A stretch of DNA of 64,000 bases from Klebsiella phage 05F01, in the sequence record LC483177.1; one strand, given 5' to 3'. Shown here one piece after another: positions 25,561 through 35,048 of the stretch. A model generated the notes under the pieces. The model made no database searches. It was given only the letters and a program-made list of their open reading frames with translations, and was not told the DNA's origin. Made by a program: the position numbers and the translations under genes. Within the stretch, counting starts at the first letter, position 1. The number at the start of each line of letters is the position of its first letter.

Positions 25561-26867
25561 AACAGATTAAAACAACACTTTATGCACTGAATAAAAATGG
25601 TTCACATCAAAAATGGCATGTTTATGTAGATGGAAACACTATTCTTGTCCACTTTGGTCAGGATGGTGGAGCTACTCAAGTTAAGAAAACAGTATGCACA
25701 GGTAAAAATGTAGGTCGTTCAAATGAAACAACTGACGAAGAGCAAGCTGTTCTGGAAGCTATCTCTAAGTGGGAAAAGCAAGTTCGTCTTGGGTATAAGG
25801 AATCTAAAGAGGAACTAGTAACTGATTTTGTTATGTCTCCTATGCTTGCATGTGATGCTCTTAAAAAACCTAATGCAATCAAATATCCTTGCTTTGGTCA
25901 ACCTAAGCTTGATGGACTTCGTTGCTTAGTTACATTTGATGAGAATGGCACTCCTATTTTTAATAGTCGAGGCAATAAAGAGTATGCTATTAAAGGTAAG
26001 ATTGTAGAGCAAATTAAAGATATCAAAGAAAAAACTAACTTCGATATGCTTGATGGTGAAGTGTATATTCATGGTTTGCCTTTACAGAAAATCGTTGCAT
26101 TAGTTAAGAAGTGGCGTACCCATTCCGATATTGAAATTGAGATTGAAAAAGATTATCAAGGTGATATCAAACGTCGAAACAAAGCAATTAAAGATGGAGC
26201 GCCAACATATAAAAACTTTGCAAAACTTGAAGTTTCAGTTGACACTATTCCAGAGAAAGATATTCATCGATATGGTGGATATGAGAGTGCAGACTTACAA
26301 TTCCATATTTTTGATGTTCCAAGTGATCTGGAGTGGGACCCTATTGCAGACCCAGAGGCATCCTATTTAGACTACTCCCTAGAAGAATCTAGATGTAGAT
26401 ATTCAGACCTTATGGATCTAGATATCATTTCATCTGATATGTCACATATCAAAGTTGTTATGGGTAATTACTATAACACTGAAGAAGAAGTTAAGGCTGC
26501 TATAGGTTTCTTTATGGAAAATGGTTATGAAGGAATCATTGTAAGAAACCTTGATGGAGTATATGAATTTGGTCAACGTTCAAATGATTTAATCAAATGG
26601 AAGATCTTCCAGACTACAGAAGCTTTTGTTAATGGATATACTATTGACAAAAACAATGAACTTCTGTTAGAATGTGTCCTTAAATCAGGTGTGGAGTTTG
26701 GTGTTAAAATGAAAGGTTCACATGCATACCGTAGCACATGCACACACTTAGTAAATAACTTCATTACAATAAGTTTCCAAGCATATACTGTTGATGGTGC
26801 ACCTCAATTCGCAGTAGGAATTTCTGAACGTGATGTAAACCCAGAGACTTGGGAACCATTAGAATAA
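25557..26867 (+). CDS. lig: ATP-dependent DNA ligase (non-ATG start in track)
   Basis: adenylation motif I KLDGLR; size 436 aa; OB-fold-sized C-terminus. Confidence 0.75.
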   Translation: MKQIKTTLYALNKNGSHQKWHVYVDGNTILVHFGQDGGATQVKKTVCTGKNVGRSNETTDEEQAVLEAISKWEKQVRLGYKESKEELVTDFVMSPMLACDALKKPNAIKYPCFGQPKLDGLRCLVTFDENGTPIFNSRGNKEYAIKGKIVEQIKDIKEKTNFDMLDGEVYIHGLPLQKIVALVKKWRTHSDIEIEIEKDYQGDIKRRNKAIKDGAPTYKNFAKLEVSVDTIPEKDIHRYGGYESADLQFHIFDVPSDLEWDPIADPEASYLDYSLEESRCRYSDLMDLDIISSDMSHIKVVMGNYYNTEEEVKAAIGFFMENGYEGIIVRNLDGVYEFGQRSNDLIKWKIFQTTEAFVNGYTIDKNNELLLECVLKSGVEFGVKMKGSHAYRSTCTHLVNNFITISFQAYTVDGAPQFAVGISERDVNPETWEPLE

Positions 26868-26883
26868 TAAATAAGGAGAGAAA

Positions 26884-27612
26884 GTGATTAAAGATTTCTT
26901 TAAAGATATTAAAGTAGATAATAATTTTTACATTGAATGCGCAAATAAAGTTGTAGAATGGAACCAAACTGCACAAGGTGTGTCTTCTAGTGAAGATGAG
27001 GACTTTTCAAATGAGAAGTTTCTTCTACAGATTAAACTTGTCGAAGAAGAATTAAAAGAGTACCGTGATGCAGCTAATGTTAATGACCATGTAGAACTGC
27101 TTGATGCAGCAGGAGATATTTTTGTTGTGGCATCTTATCTATCTTATATGTTCTTTGGTAATGCAGCCATTAATGATGTTCTAACTCAACCTGTAGGTGA
27201 TCGTCTTGCAGATGATCCATACGAAACATTCATTAAGTCACAAGAATTTATGGATAAGACATCAGAGAATTCTAGCTTTGGTCTTGGTATGTTAGCTTGT
27301 GCTGTAACACGTATGGCACGTGATACACTTGTTAAATCTGTGTATAACGATAAAAAAGTTATGAAGGAAATTCTTCGTAGTAATTACTCAAAATTCCCTA
27401 CTGCAAAAGTATTAATTAATAAGTGGGAAGTAGGTACTATAGAAGAAGCATTGAAAATTGAGGTTGATTGGATTGAAGAGAATCGCGATTACTCTGGTAT
27501 TACATACAAATTTAATCCTACAAATGGTTTGTATGTTTTCTTTGATGAAAATGGTAAGATCATGAAACCTTCTGTATTCAGCGGTCCAGACATCAAATCT
27601 ATTGTTGGCTAA
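26884..27612 (+). CDS. putative MazG-like all-alpha nucleotide pyrophosphohydrolase
   Basis: EEELKEY...ELLDAAGD acidic helix pairs typical of the MazG/HisE fold; weak. Confidence 0.35.
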   Translation: MIKDFFKDIKVDNNFYIECANKVVEWNQTAQGVSSSEDEDFSNEKFLLQIKLVEEELKEYRDAANVNDHVELLDAAGDIFVVASYLSYMFFGNAAINDVLTQPVGDRLADDPYETFIKSQEFMDKTSENSSFGLGMLACAVTRMARDTLVKSVYNDKKVMKEILRSNYSKFPTAKVLINKWEVGTIEEALKIEVDWIEENRDYSGITYKFNPTNGLYVFFDENGKIMKPSVFSGPDIKSIVG

Positions 27613-27617
27613 TGAGA

Positions 27618-27635
27618 GGGGCGATAGCCCCTTTT
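27618..27635 (+). terminator. intrinsic terminator GGGGCGAUAGCCCC plus UUUU
   Basis: GC hairpin plus T-run after stop of upstream gene. Confidence 0.55.
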
Positions 27636-27647
27636 AAAGGAGGTATT

Positions 27648-27932
27648 TTGAATAAAGAAGATTTAATGGGGTATTACCTAAAACAGATTATTACTAATCT
27701 TAAAAACAATGGCATTAAAGATATTACAACTGAGATCTGCACCTTCATTAACAATAAGAATGGACAAAAACTTAAAGTAAAATTTTTCACTAAGTCTCAG
27801 TGGGAAAGTATCCCTAGTAATAAAGCAAATGCAGCACAAAAAATTATGAAAGTGGATGTTGACGGATTCAAATCACCAGATTACACTGTGACACATGATG
27901 AAGTAACATACTATGTTAAGGTTATTAAATAA
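27648..27932 (+). CDS. small hypothetical protein (track 27612..27932 trimmed past terminator hairpin; RBS AAGGAGG)
   Basis: track ORF; upstream portion is the terminator. Confidence 0.4.
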   Translation: MNKEDLMGYYLKQIITNLKNNGIKDITTEICTFINNKNGQKLKVKFFTKSQWESIPSNKANAAQKIMKVDVDGFKSPDYTVTHDEVTYYVKVIK

Positions 27933-27942
27933 GGAGAAACAC

Positions 27943-28827
27943 ATGTTTACTAAAGCGCTGAAATCTATCATCACCCTGAAAGCAGAAGAAGCTTTAAATA
28001 TTTATGCAGTTGACGAGTTTGAAAATAAGGATTCTATTACTTTTGCACCATGTGGTGAATATGAGGCATATAAAATTGGTTTTGTTCCTCTGGCAGATGA
28101 CGGTGAATTCGTTCGAAGTGTAGTTGACTATCGAATCCTTCAGGTAGGTATCTCAGTTAAGAAAGTAAATAAAAATAAACTCAAAAAACTCACTGCAAAA
28201 GAGATTGAGCGACTTATTAAAGAGGCTGCTGAACGTGGTGAAGAACTAAATCCAACTAAAGATTTTAAGAAAGATATCGAAGAACAAGTTAAATACTCTC
28301 TGCTTCCAGAGACAGAATCAACAGAGAAATTTAGCTATTTGATTTATGATACAACCAATAATCGTTTGCATATTACTGGTGTAACTAAAAACCTTAGTGA
28401 AGATATCACAGCATTCATTCGTAATGTAACTGAGTCTCTCCCTGTGATTCCTTTTGTAGATGATACTCTTGCTGTAGTTCACGCATTTAATGAGTGTGCA
28501 ATTAATGGCCCTGATAACCGATTCACACTTGGTGTGTATATTGTCCTTGAGAATGAAGAAGGCAAGGTTGTGTGGAGTAAGGAATCTCTCTATCAGTGTC
28601 AGGATAAGATTGAAGAGATCGTAGGTGAAGGTAAACATGTAACAACTATTGGACTTGAATTTGATGGGATTGTAAAACTTATTGTTAATAGTGAATTCCA
28701 CCTTACTGGTGTTAAGTTCCCTAAAAATTTCTCTGAGGAAACATCTTTTGATGGTGATGTGATCCTTTGTATGAAAGAGATTCGAAATGTCTTTGAAGAC
28801 CTCAAAGAAATGGTTGACAGCGAATAA
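27943..28827 (+). CDS. rdgC: recombination-associated protein RdgC-like
   Basis: aligns with E. coli RdgC blocks: FAPCGEYEAYKIGFVPL, SLLPETES, ESLPVIPF; about 295 aa; RBS AAGGAG. Confidence 0.6.
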   Translation: MFTKALKSIITLKAEEALNIYAVDEFENKDSITFAPCGEYEAYKIGFVPLADDGEFVRSVVDYRILQVGISVKKVNKNKLKKLTAKEIERLIKEAAERGEELNPTKDFKKDIEEQVKYSLLPETESTEKFSYLIYDTTNNRLHITGVTKNLSEDITAFIRNVTESLPVIPFVDDTLAVVHAFNECAINGPDNRFTLGVYIVLENEEGKVVWSKESLYQCQDKIEEIVGEGKHVTTIGLEFDGIVKLIVNSEFHLTGVKFPKNFSEETSFDGDVILCMKEIRNVFEDLKEMVDSE

Positions 28828-28871
28828 AGATTCTGTTAATATGGCCTCATTGAAACACATGAGGCTTAATT

Positions 28872-29069
28872 ATGAGAAATATCTTATTTACCTTATTACT
28901 ACTTAGTTCAACTACATTTGCAGGTCAGATAACAGTTCCTCTAAGTGATGAATATGTGTCAGGTGACACTAAATACTGTATATATTCACATGGTGGTGAA
29001 GATTACACAGACACAGTGAGAGCAAGTCGTGAGTGTAAGTATACAGAAACTTTTGATACAGACGAGTAG
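28872..29069 (+). CDS. small secreted protein (signal peptide MRNILFTLLLLSSTTFA)
   Basis: hydrophobic N-terminus, Cys pair. Confidence 0.4.
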   Translation: MRNILFTLLLLSSTTFAGQITVPLSDEYVSGDTKYCIYSHGGEDYTDTVRASRECKYTETFDTDE

Positions 29070-29122
29070 GAGGAAAGATTTCAGGATATAAAACTATATC
29101 ACCTGATGAACTCCACAAGTAT

Positions 29123-30217
29123 TTGACAGAAGATGCAGAGTTGGTTATCGACTATGACCAAGTCGCTTTCCAGGCTGCATCTGCTTTAGAGACAAAGCTT
29201 GTTCAGGTTAAACACTTACCATCTGGTAAAGTTAAAGAGTTCAAAAACAAAACAGAGTTCTGTGGTAGAAGTAAAAAAGTAGTTGGTGGTTGGTTAGGTG
29301 ATGTAAATGCTAAAAGAGAGCAAGAAGGTAAATCCCCATTCCCAATTGAAGACTTCGAAATAGAATCCATTCAAAAAGCCCCTGATAAAATCGCATTCAC
29401 ATTTCAAGCAGCAAAGACTAAAGCTTTAGGTATTTCTGAATACTTGAAGGTCCCTAACTACTCTGGTGTTATCGGTGTGGGTAAAACATTCAGACATGTT
29501 CTTCCATTACCTAAAGAGTATAAATCTGAAAATAGGGATGTTAAGCCAATCCAATTAGATGAAACAAAAGATTTCCTAGTCAATTTCCAAAACGGAAGTG
29601 TTGTTGGTGAGATTGAGGCAGATGACGCATTGGAAATAAAAGCTTTTGCAGGTTGGAGAAATTACATTAAAACAGGGAAATTTAACTATATCATTGCTTC
29701 CATTGATAAAGATAGCCTACACACTCCTGGATTACTATTCAATTTCTACAAAGAACCCGGATCCAGTAAATATAAACAACCTGAAATCATTATGATTGAT
29801 GATGGGATTGGTGATATATGGATTAAGGAAGTCACTAATGATAAAGGAAAAGTTAACAAAGATATTAAAGGCTGGGGCAGTTATTGGTTAGCTTATCAAT
29901 TGCTTTGTGGAGATTCTACAGATGTAATTAGGCCATATCAAGACTTTGATATTAAATTTGGAGACTTAGCTTGCTATGAGTATATAAAGGACTCTAAAAG
30001 CCAGTATGATTTATTTGAGAAAGTAAGATTAAAATATGCAGAATGGTTCCCTGATGGAGTTAAATATACATCTTGGGATGGAAAAGATATAGACATTACT
30101 TCAGATGAATGGTTAGAAATGATATTTAAACTAGTATATATGCGAAGAACATACAATGATAAGACAACATTTGCAGCTATGCTAGCACATTATAAAAAAT
30201 TAGAGGAGGTAGTTTGA
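29123..30217 (+). CDS. rnh: flap endonuclease / 5'-3' exonuclease (T4 RNase H-like)
   Basis: LVIDYDQVAFQAASAL vs T4 Rnh CLIDFSQIALSTALV; IEADDALEI vs YEADDHIAV. Confidence 0.6.
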   Translation: MTEDAELVIDYDQVAFQAASALETKLVQVKHLPSGKVKEFKNKTEFCGRSKKVVGGWLGDVNAKREQEGKSPFPIEDFEIESIQKAPDKIAFTFQAAKTKALGISEYLKVPNYSGVIGVGKTFRHVLPLPKEYKSENRDVKPIQLDETKDFLVNFQNGSVVGEIEADDALEIKAFAGWRNYIKTGKFNYIIASIDKDSLHTPGLLFNFYKEPGSSKYKQPEIIMIDDGIGDIWIKEVTNDKGKVNKDIKGWGSYWLAYQLLCGDSTDVIRPYQDFDIKFGDLACYEYIKDSKSQYDLFEKVRLKYAEWFPDGVKYTSWDGKDIDITSDEWLEMIFKLVYMRRTYNDKTTFAAMLAHYKKLEEVV

Positions 30218-31182
30218 GTAGATTAACAGACCAACAGAAAGCTGATATATTCGCTATGCGTAGTCAAGGTTTTTCATCTCGTGCAATTGCAAGCGCAGTT
30301 CTTGGTAGTAGCACTAAGAAGAGCACAGTAAATGATTTAATTTCTCGTGAAGAAAGCACAAACGCTATTCAGGCTATAGCGGGGAAAGATAAACCTAATA
30401 TCCTTGTTATTGATGTTGAAACAGCACCTGAGATTGGATATTTCTTCCGAAGATTTAAAGCTTTCATTGCACCAGAACAAGTCATCAAACGTGGATATCT
30501 CCTTTCTTACTCTGCCGTTGGTTTAGATGACGGTGATGAAGTGATTGGACGTAATCTTACTAGTTATAATTTGTTTGAAATTGACCATACTGATGATTAT
30601 GAATTATGTCTTGAACTTTGGGACCTTCTTGATGAAGCCGATGTTGTTATTGCACATAATGGTCAGAAATTTGACAGAGCTTATATTAATCAGCGATTTG
30701 CATACCATGAATTGCCACCTCCGTCTAACTACGTTGTTATTGATACCCTTCGGGCTGCTAAAAAACAATTTGCACTTCCTTCTAATGCTCTTAAAGAGAT
30801 TTGTATGTATTTTGAAACAGAAAACTTTAAACTAGAGAATGAAGGTTTCACTTTATGGAAAGCTTGTTGTGAAGGTGATGAGAATGCATTCCAGCGTATG
30901 CAGACCTATAATGATGGTGATGTAATCTCTTTACGTGATGTCTATCGTAAACTTCTCCCTTGGATCCCTCAACATCCAAATGTAGCAGCGTATTACAAAG
31001 ACTCTGCTTGTCGTTGCCCACGTTGTGGTAGCACAGAAGTTTCTGTTGTTAAAGATAAGTTCTATAACACAGGTGTAAGCACATTTGAAATTTTACGTTG
31101 TTCTTCTTGTAATGGATTGTCACGTGCACGTGTAAATCTTCGCACTAAGGAAAAACGAGTCAATACAATTATCGGGGTGTAA
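30214..31182 (+). CDS. DEDDh (DnaQ-like) 3'-5' exonuclease with N-terminal HTH and C-terminal Cys4 zinc ribbon
   Basis: Exo I VIDVET, Exo III HNGQKFD; CRCPRCG...CSSCNG. Confidence 0.55.
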   Translation: MSRLTDQQKADIFAMRSQGFSSRAIASAVLGSSTKKSTVNDLISREESTNAIQAIAGKDKPNILVIDVETAPEIGYFFRRFKAFIAPEQVIKRGYLLSYSAVGLDDGDEVIGRNLTSYNLFEIDHTDDYELCLELWDLLDEADVVIAHNGQKFDRAYINQRFAYHELPPPSNYVVIDTLRAAKKQFALPSNALKEICMYFETENFKLENEGFTLWKACCEGDENAFQRMQTYNDGDVISLRDVYRKLLPWIPQHPNVAAYYKDSACRCPRCGSTEVSVVKDKFYNTGVSTFEILRCSSCNGLSRARVNLRTKEKRVNTIIGV

Positions 31183-31197
31183 TACCCCGTTTTTATT
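31173..31197 (+). terminator. intrinsic terminator CGGGGUGUAAUACCCCG plus UUUUU (includes stop codon of upstream gene)
   Basis: hairpin plus T-run. Confidence 0.6.
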
Positions 31198-31604
31198 TGG
31201 AGGTTAAAATGGAAGCGTCTAAAATGCAAGTTGATGGTACCCACTACACAGATATGCCTATGCAACCAATTGAGTTAACATACCTTATTGGAGGGACACC
31301 TTGTTTTTGTAAACTTGCCAAGTATGGGAGTAGAATTAAGCACTCAGATCGCACTATTGATCTTAATAAAGCAATTCACTGTATCCGCCTAGAGCAGGAG
31401 TTTGTATCTAAAAATGAAAATATATTCTTAAAAAACTACAAAAAACCTGGTTACGTCTCATGTGAGACGGAATTAGCCACTACATTTATTAATATCTTTA
31501 CTCAAGATCAAGATCTTCGTGATGCACTTCTATTCATGTACATTGGTGAGTATGAAATGGCTATTGTTCGTGTTCAAAATATAATCTCTCGTGTCTCAGT
31601 ATAA
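31197..31604 (+). CDS. hypothetical protein (135 aa)
   Basis: track ORF. Confidence 0.4.
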   Translation: MEVKMEASKMQVDGTHYTDMPMQPIELTYLIGGTPCFCKLAKYGSRIKHSDRTIDLNKAIHCIRLEQEFVSKNENIFLKNYKKPGYVSCETELATTFINIFTQDQDLRDALLFMYIGEYEMAIVRVQNIISRVSV

Positions 31605-31773
31605 AGAAGGTGAAGTTTATAAAATATACAGAGTCCATAATAATATTAAGGAATTTGTATGTAAAATAACCATAAACAATGGGATGTGTCAAAAAGAGTT
31701 CAATAGGATGTTATTTTTTAAATATAACTTGACTCCTAATGACTACAAAGCTATAAAGATAGAGGTGAAGTGA
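31591..31773 (+). CDS. small hypothetical protein
   Basis: track ORF. Confidence 0.3.
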   Translation: MSQYKEGEVYKIYRVHNNIKEFVCKITINNGMCQKEFNRMLFFKYNLTPNDYKAIKIEVK

Positions 31774-32333
31774 CGAAAGAACCTAAACAAATGTGGGGAG
31801 ATGGAACTCCCTGGAAAACTAAGGCTGCTTTTTACTCTTATTTGAGGGGTGGCCTACGTAAGGTGTGGATGACACATCCTTGTAAGATAAGTAAGATAAC
31901 CTCTTGTCGTTTCCAGGTAGATAGGTATGATAAGAACGGTAAAATCATGCTTGACAAGAAAGGTAATCCACGTAAAATATGGAACTGTAAGTGTGAAATC
32001 TGTAGTCATCAAGGTGTTATGACAGACTTTCATGTAGATCATATAATTTCAGCAGGAAGTTTGATTGGATATGAAAACTTACTTGATTTCACATACAGAT
32101 TGCTTTATGTTACTGAAAAAGATTTAAGAGTTATTTGTAAAGAATGTAATTATATACTTGCATATGCAGATAAGAATGGAGTTACTTTTGAAGAAGCAAA
32201 AGCTGAGAAAACGGCAATTAGTTTGGTGGGAAGTAATAAAGACAAAGAATGGCTTAAAGAGAGAGGAATATCTCCAGAGTCAAGTAAACAAAAGAGAAGA
32301 AAACAAATAGTAGAGTTTCTTCTTAAGCAATAG
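31770..32333 (+). CDS. HNH endonuclease
   Basis: CKCEIC...HVDHII...CKECN zinc-binding HNH motif. Confidence 0.55.
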   Translation: MTKEPKQMWGDGTPWKTKAAFYSYLRGGLRKVWMTHPCKISKITSCRFQVDRYDKNGKIMLDKKGNPRKIWNCKCEICSHQGVMTDFHVDHIISAGSLIGYENLLDFTYRLLYVTEKDLRVICKECNYILAYADKNGVTFEEAKAEKTAISLVGSNKDKEWLKERGISPESSKQKRRKQIVEFLLKQ

Positions 32334-32341
32334 GAGAATAT

Positions 32342-32929
32342 ATGCGAGTCGTATGTGATTGCGATTTAGTTATAGCTCCAGCAGATGTAAAATGGTATAA
32401 CTGGCTTTGTGCTATTAGTGGTGAGAGTCCAGTTATCCCAGAACACAATGCAGACTATAATCTAGCTAATTACTTTCCAGACTTTGAGAAGAAGTATGGA
32501 TATAATCCTCACTCCTTTTGGGATAGTCCTTATCTGTACCATAATATGCCTGTAATTAAAGGTGCAGATAAGATTCTAGGTAGGATTGCATTAGGTGGTG
32601 GTAATGTTTTAATTGCAAGCCACACAAAAGGTGGACACTTTAGCTCCAAGTATAAATATAATGTCCTCAATTTGAAGAATGTTGACTTCAGTCGTGGTTC
32701 AGGTAATGGATTTTTTGCAACTAAAGAAAAATACCTACTGCCTTGTGATATGGCTATTGACGATAGGGCAGAAAATTTAGTATTATTCCCAAGTGATGTA
32801 ATTAAGGTTTACTTTAAAACAAGATATTTTGACCCTTATCTTGATGAATTAAAAACACAAGAAAATGTCTTTATAACAGGTATTGATGATCCTTGGAAAG
32901 ATATTGAAAATTATTTAGAAGGAGTATAA
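32342..32929 (+). CDS. putative 5'(3')-deoxyribonucleotidase (HAD-like, NT5C family)
   Basis: N-terminal VVCDCDLVIAPAD resembling DxDxV/T HAD motif I of NT5C proteins; weak. Confidence 0.35.
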   Translation: MRVVCDCDLVIAPADVKWYNWLCAISGESPVIPEHNADYNLANYFPDFEKKYGYNPHSFWDSPYLYHNMPVIKGADKILGRIALGGGNVLIASHTKGGHFSSKYKYNVLNLKNVDFSRGSGNGFFATKEKYLLPCDMAIDDRAENLVLFPSDVIKVYFKTRYFDPYLDELKTQENVFITGIDDPWKDIENYLEGV

Positions 32930-32930
32930 A

Positions 32931-33257
32931 ATGAGACAAGATCAGATTGATGAATTAAAACCACAATATCGTGAAATCACAGAAGCAATTTTTGGAGCAA
33001 TGCTTTCTTCAGAAGGTGTGACTACCCTTGAAGATGTTCTCCCTAATCCTGATGAATTTATTGAAGGTATGATTAAGAGTGCTTACAGTGAAGGATTTAC
33101 TGAAAAAGATATTGATGCTATCATTAAATTCAATAAGAAGTATGAGAAGAAAAACAATACTGCTAAACTGCGTTCTCAAATGTTTATTGAAAAATATTTT
33201 GAAGAGAATATTGCAAGCATTGAAGCACATTTTAATAAATTTAAGGAGAATAAATGA
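32931..33257 (+). CDS. hypothetical protein
   Basis: track ORF. Confidence 0.4.
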   Translation: MRQDQIDELKPQYREITEAIFGAMLSSEGVTTLEDVLPNPDEFIEGMIKSAYSEGFTEKDIDAIIKFNKKYEKKNNTAKLRSQMFIEKYFEENIASIEAHFNKFKENK

Positions 33258-34234
33258 CAAACCAGATTTCAGCAAAGGTAATTGCCCATAGTGTAGCATT
33301 TGGTAGTGATAATGAAATTGTGACATTTGAACTGGAATATCCACGAATTATTCACAGTGAATTAATGACACATCGTCTGTTTAGTCGTAATGCAGCATCA
33401 AGTCGTGCTATTCCTGTAAAAACCTTAATTGAAATGGTTAGAAATGAGCCAGCAATGCCTTATCGGTTTGGTGCAAACCAGCCGGGGATGCAGGATAAAG
33501 GCGTAGAGCACGACAGTGAAGTTGGTGCAGGATATTCCGGTAGAGATTGGTGGAGACTCGCTGCTCTTAGTGCTGCAAACTTTGCGGAGCAACTGTCCGA
33601 CGCAGGGTATCATAAACAAATTGCAAATCGATTACTAGAGCCTTTCCAGCGTATCAAGACGGTTCTTACAGCTACGGAGTTTGCTAATTTTTGGTGGTTG
33701 CGTTTAGATAAGGATGCTGACCCTACCATTAAAAAGTTAGCAGAAGTTATGAAAGAAGCTTACGATGCTTCTGAAAAAGAAGTTCTGAAACCGGGTGAAT
33801 GGCATACTCCTTATGTCTTACATTCAGAAGGTAAAGATGGTGAAATTGGTTATTATGTTCTTGACGAAAGTGGTAAATGGCCTGTAGATTTATCTCTTGA
33901 AGAAGCATTGGGTATTTCTTCTTCATGTTGTGCTCAAGTTAGTTATCGTCGTCTTAACTCTACTAAAGATAAGGCACTTGATATCTATGGTCGTTTATTG
34001 TCTGGTGATAAAGTTCATGCCTCCCCTTTCGAGCATCAGGCAACACCGATGAAGAAAAAGTATAATAAGACCAATGAATGGGGAGACACCTTATGGACCA
34101 TTAATAACCCAACAGATGTAGATTCTTGGGAGAAAGGTATTACACACATGGATAGAAATAAGAACTTATGGTCTGGTAATTTCAAAGGATTTATTCAACA
34201 CCGTCAACTATTAAATAACCATACTGTTTGGTAA
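33254..34234 (+). CDS. thyX: flavin-dependent thymidylate synthase ThyX
   Basis: ThyX signature RHRx7S present as HRLFSRNAASSR. Confidence 0.8.
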   Translation: MTNQISAKVIAHSVAFGSDNEIVTFELEYPRIIHSELMTHRLFSRNAASSRAIPVKTLIEMVRNEPAMPYRFGANQPGMQDKGVEHDSEVGAGYSGRDWWRLAALSAANFAEQLSDAGYHKQIANRLLEPFQRIKTVLTATEFANFWWLRLDKDADPTIKKLAEVMKEAYDASEKEVLKPGEWHTPYVLHSEGKDGEIGYYVLDESGKWPVDLSLEEALGISSSCCAQVSYRRLNSTKDKALDIYGRLLSGDKVHASPFEHQATPMKKKYNKTNEWGDTLWTINNPTDVDSWEKGITHMDRNKNLWSGNFKGFIQHRQLLNNHTVW

Positions 34235-34264
34235 TAAGAATTATCTAAATTTCTGCTTTATCTA

Positions 34265-34293
34265 TTGACAAAGAAGTCATAATATTGTAGTAT
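34265..34293 (+). promoter_or_regulatory. sigma70-consensus promoter TTGACA-N17-TAGTAT
   Basis: exact -35, 17-bp spacer; followed by GAGAGG/CCTCTC hairpin at about 34301..34330. Confidence 0.5.
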
Positions 34294-34344
34294 CATTAAA
34301 CATTAGAGAGGAAGAAATCCCTCTCAATAAGTAAGGAGTAATTT

Positions 34345-34773
34345 ATGTCATCTATCGAAGATATCATTGATCGTGGTCACAAAAACGTTGTATGGGCTAA
34401 AGTTTCCATTGAAACAATCAAACAAACTCCAGTATGGAAAGAGAATCGTGATTCAAAAGGAAAAATCCCACATCAGATCTTCAATGAAGTTCTTGCAAAA
34501 GCTTTGATCTTTCTTGGTCATAGTCCAAAAACAGGTGGTTATGTAAAAGACCATAACTGTAATATCCGATCTAATAAATCTAAAGAACTGGTTTATAAAA
34601 CCACACTATATACTTTCCCCGTTCAACATAACCACAAATACTCTCGTGCTTATGAAAAGAACCCTATTCTTCATTATGGTAATGAATCTTTTAAAGGATG
34701 GGGAATTTCACACTTTAAGATGGATAATTTTGGTGTAGAAGATAGCAATACTCCTTTCGATGAAAATGATTAA
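34345..34773 (+). CDS. hypothetical protein (142 aa)
   Basis: track ORF, RBS AAGGAG. Confidence 0.45.
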   Translation: MSSIEDIIDRGHKNVVWAKVSIETIKQTPVWKENRDSKGKIPHQIFNEVLAKALIFLGHSPKTGGYVKDHNCNIRSNKSKELVYKTTLYTFPVQHNHKYSRAYEKNPILHYGNESFKGWGISHFKMDNFGVEDSNTPFDEND

Positions 34774-34791
34774 ATAAATTCGAGAGGTTAA

Positions 34792-35046
34792 ATGCAGAAT
34801 AAAAATATTTATGAAGGTATTGTTACAGAGTCATATTTTGATGAAGAAGTTGGTTGCAATGTTACAGTAATTCTTGATACAAGTGGTAGATTATCTGATA
34901 AAAGAAAAATTATAAATCAGAAAGCTAAAGAAAAAGGTTTTATGGATATCGACCACTATGAGGGATTTCTTTATGCCAATAGTCTATTTAATGAGATGAG
35001 AAATGGCTATGATGTAGATATCCTAAAAATGCACAATAAGGAGTAA
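34792..35046 (+). CDS. hypothetical protein (84 aa)
   Basis: track ORF. Confidence 0.4.
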   Translation: MQNKNIYEGIVTESYFDEEVGCNVTVILDTSGRLSDKRKIINQKAKEKGFMDIDHYEGFLYANSLFNEMRNGYDVDILKMHNKE

Positions 35047-35048
35047 GA

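Noticed and set aside
26131-26976. Small ORFs antisense or in alternative frames around the DNA ligase 3' end (26131..26370, 26573..26764, 26764..26976)
   Set aside because: They are embedded in or antisense to ligase and the downstream gene and have hydrophobic low-complexity translations.
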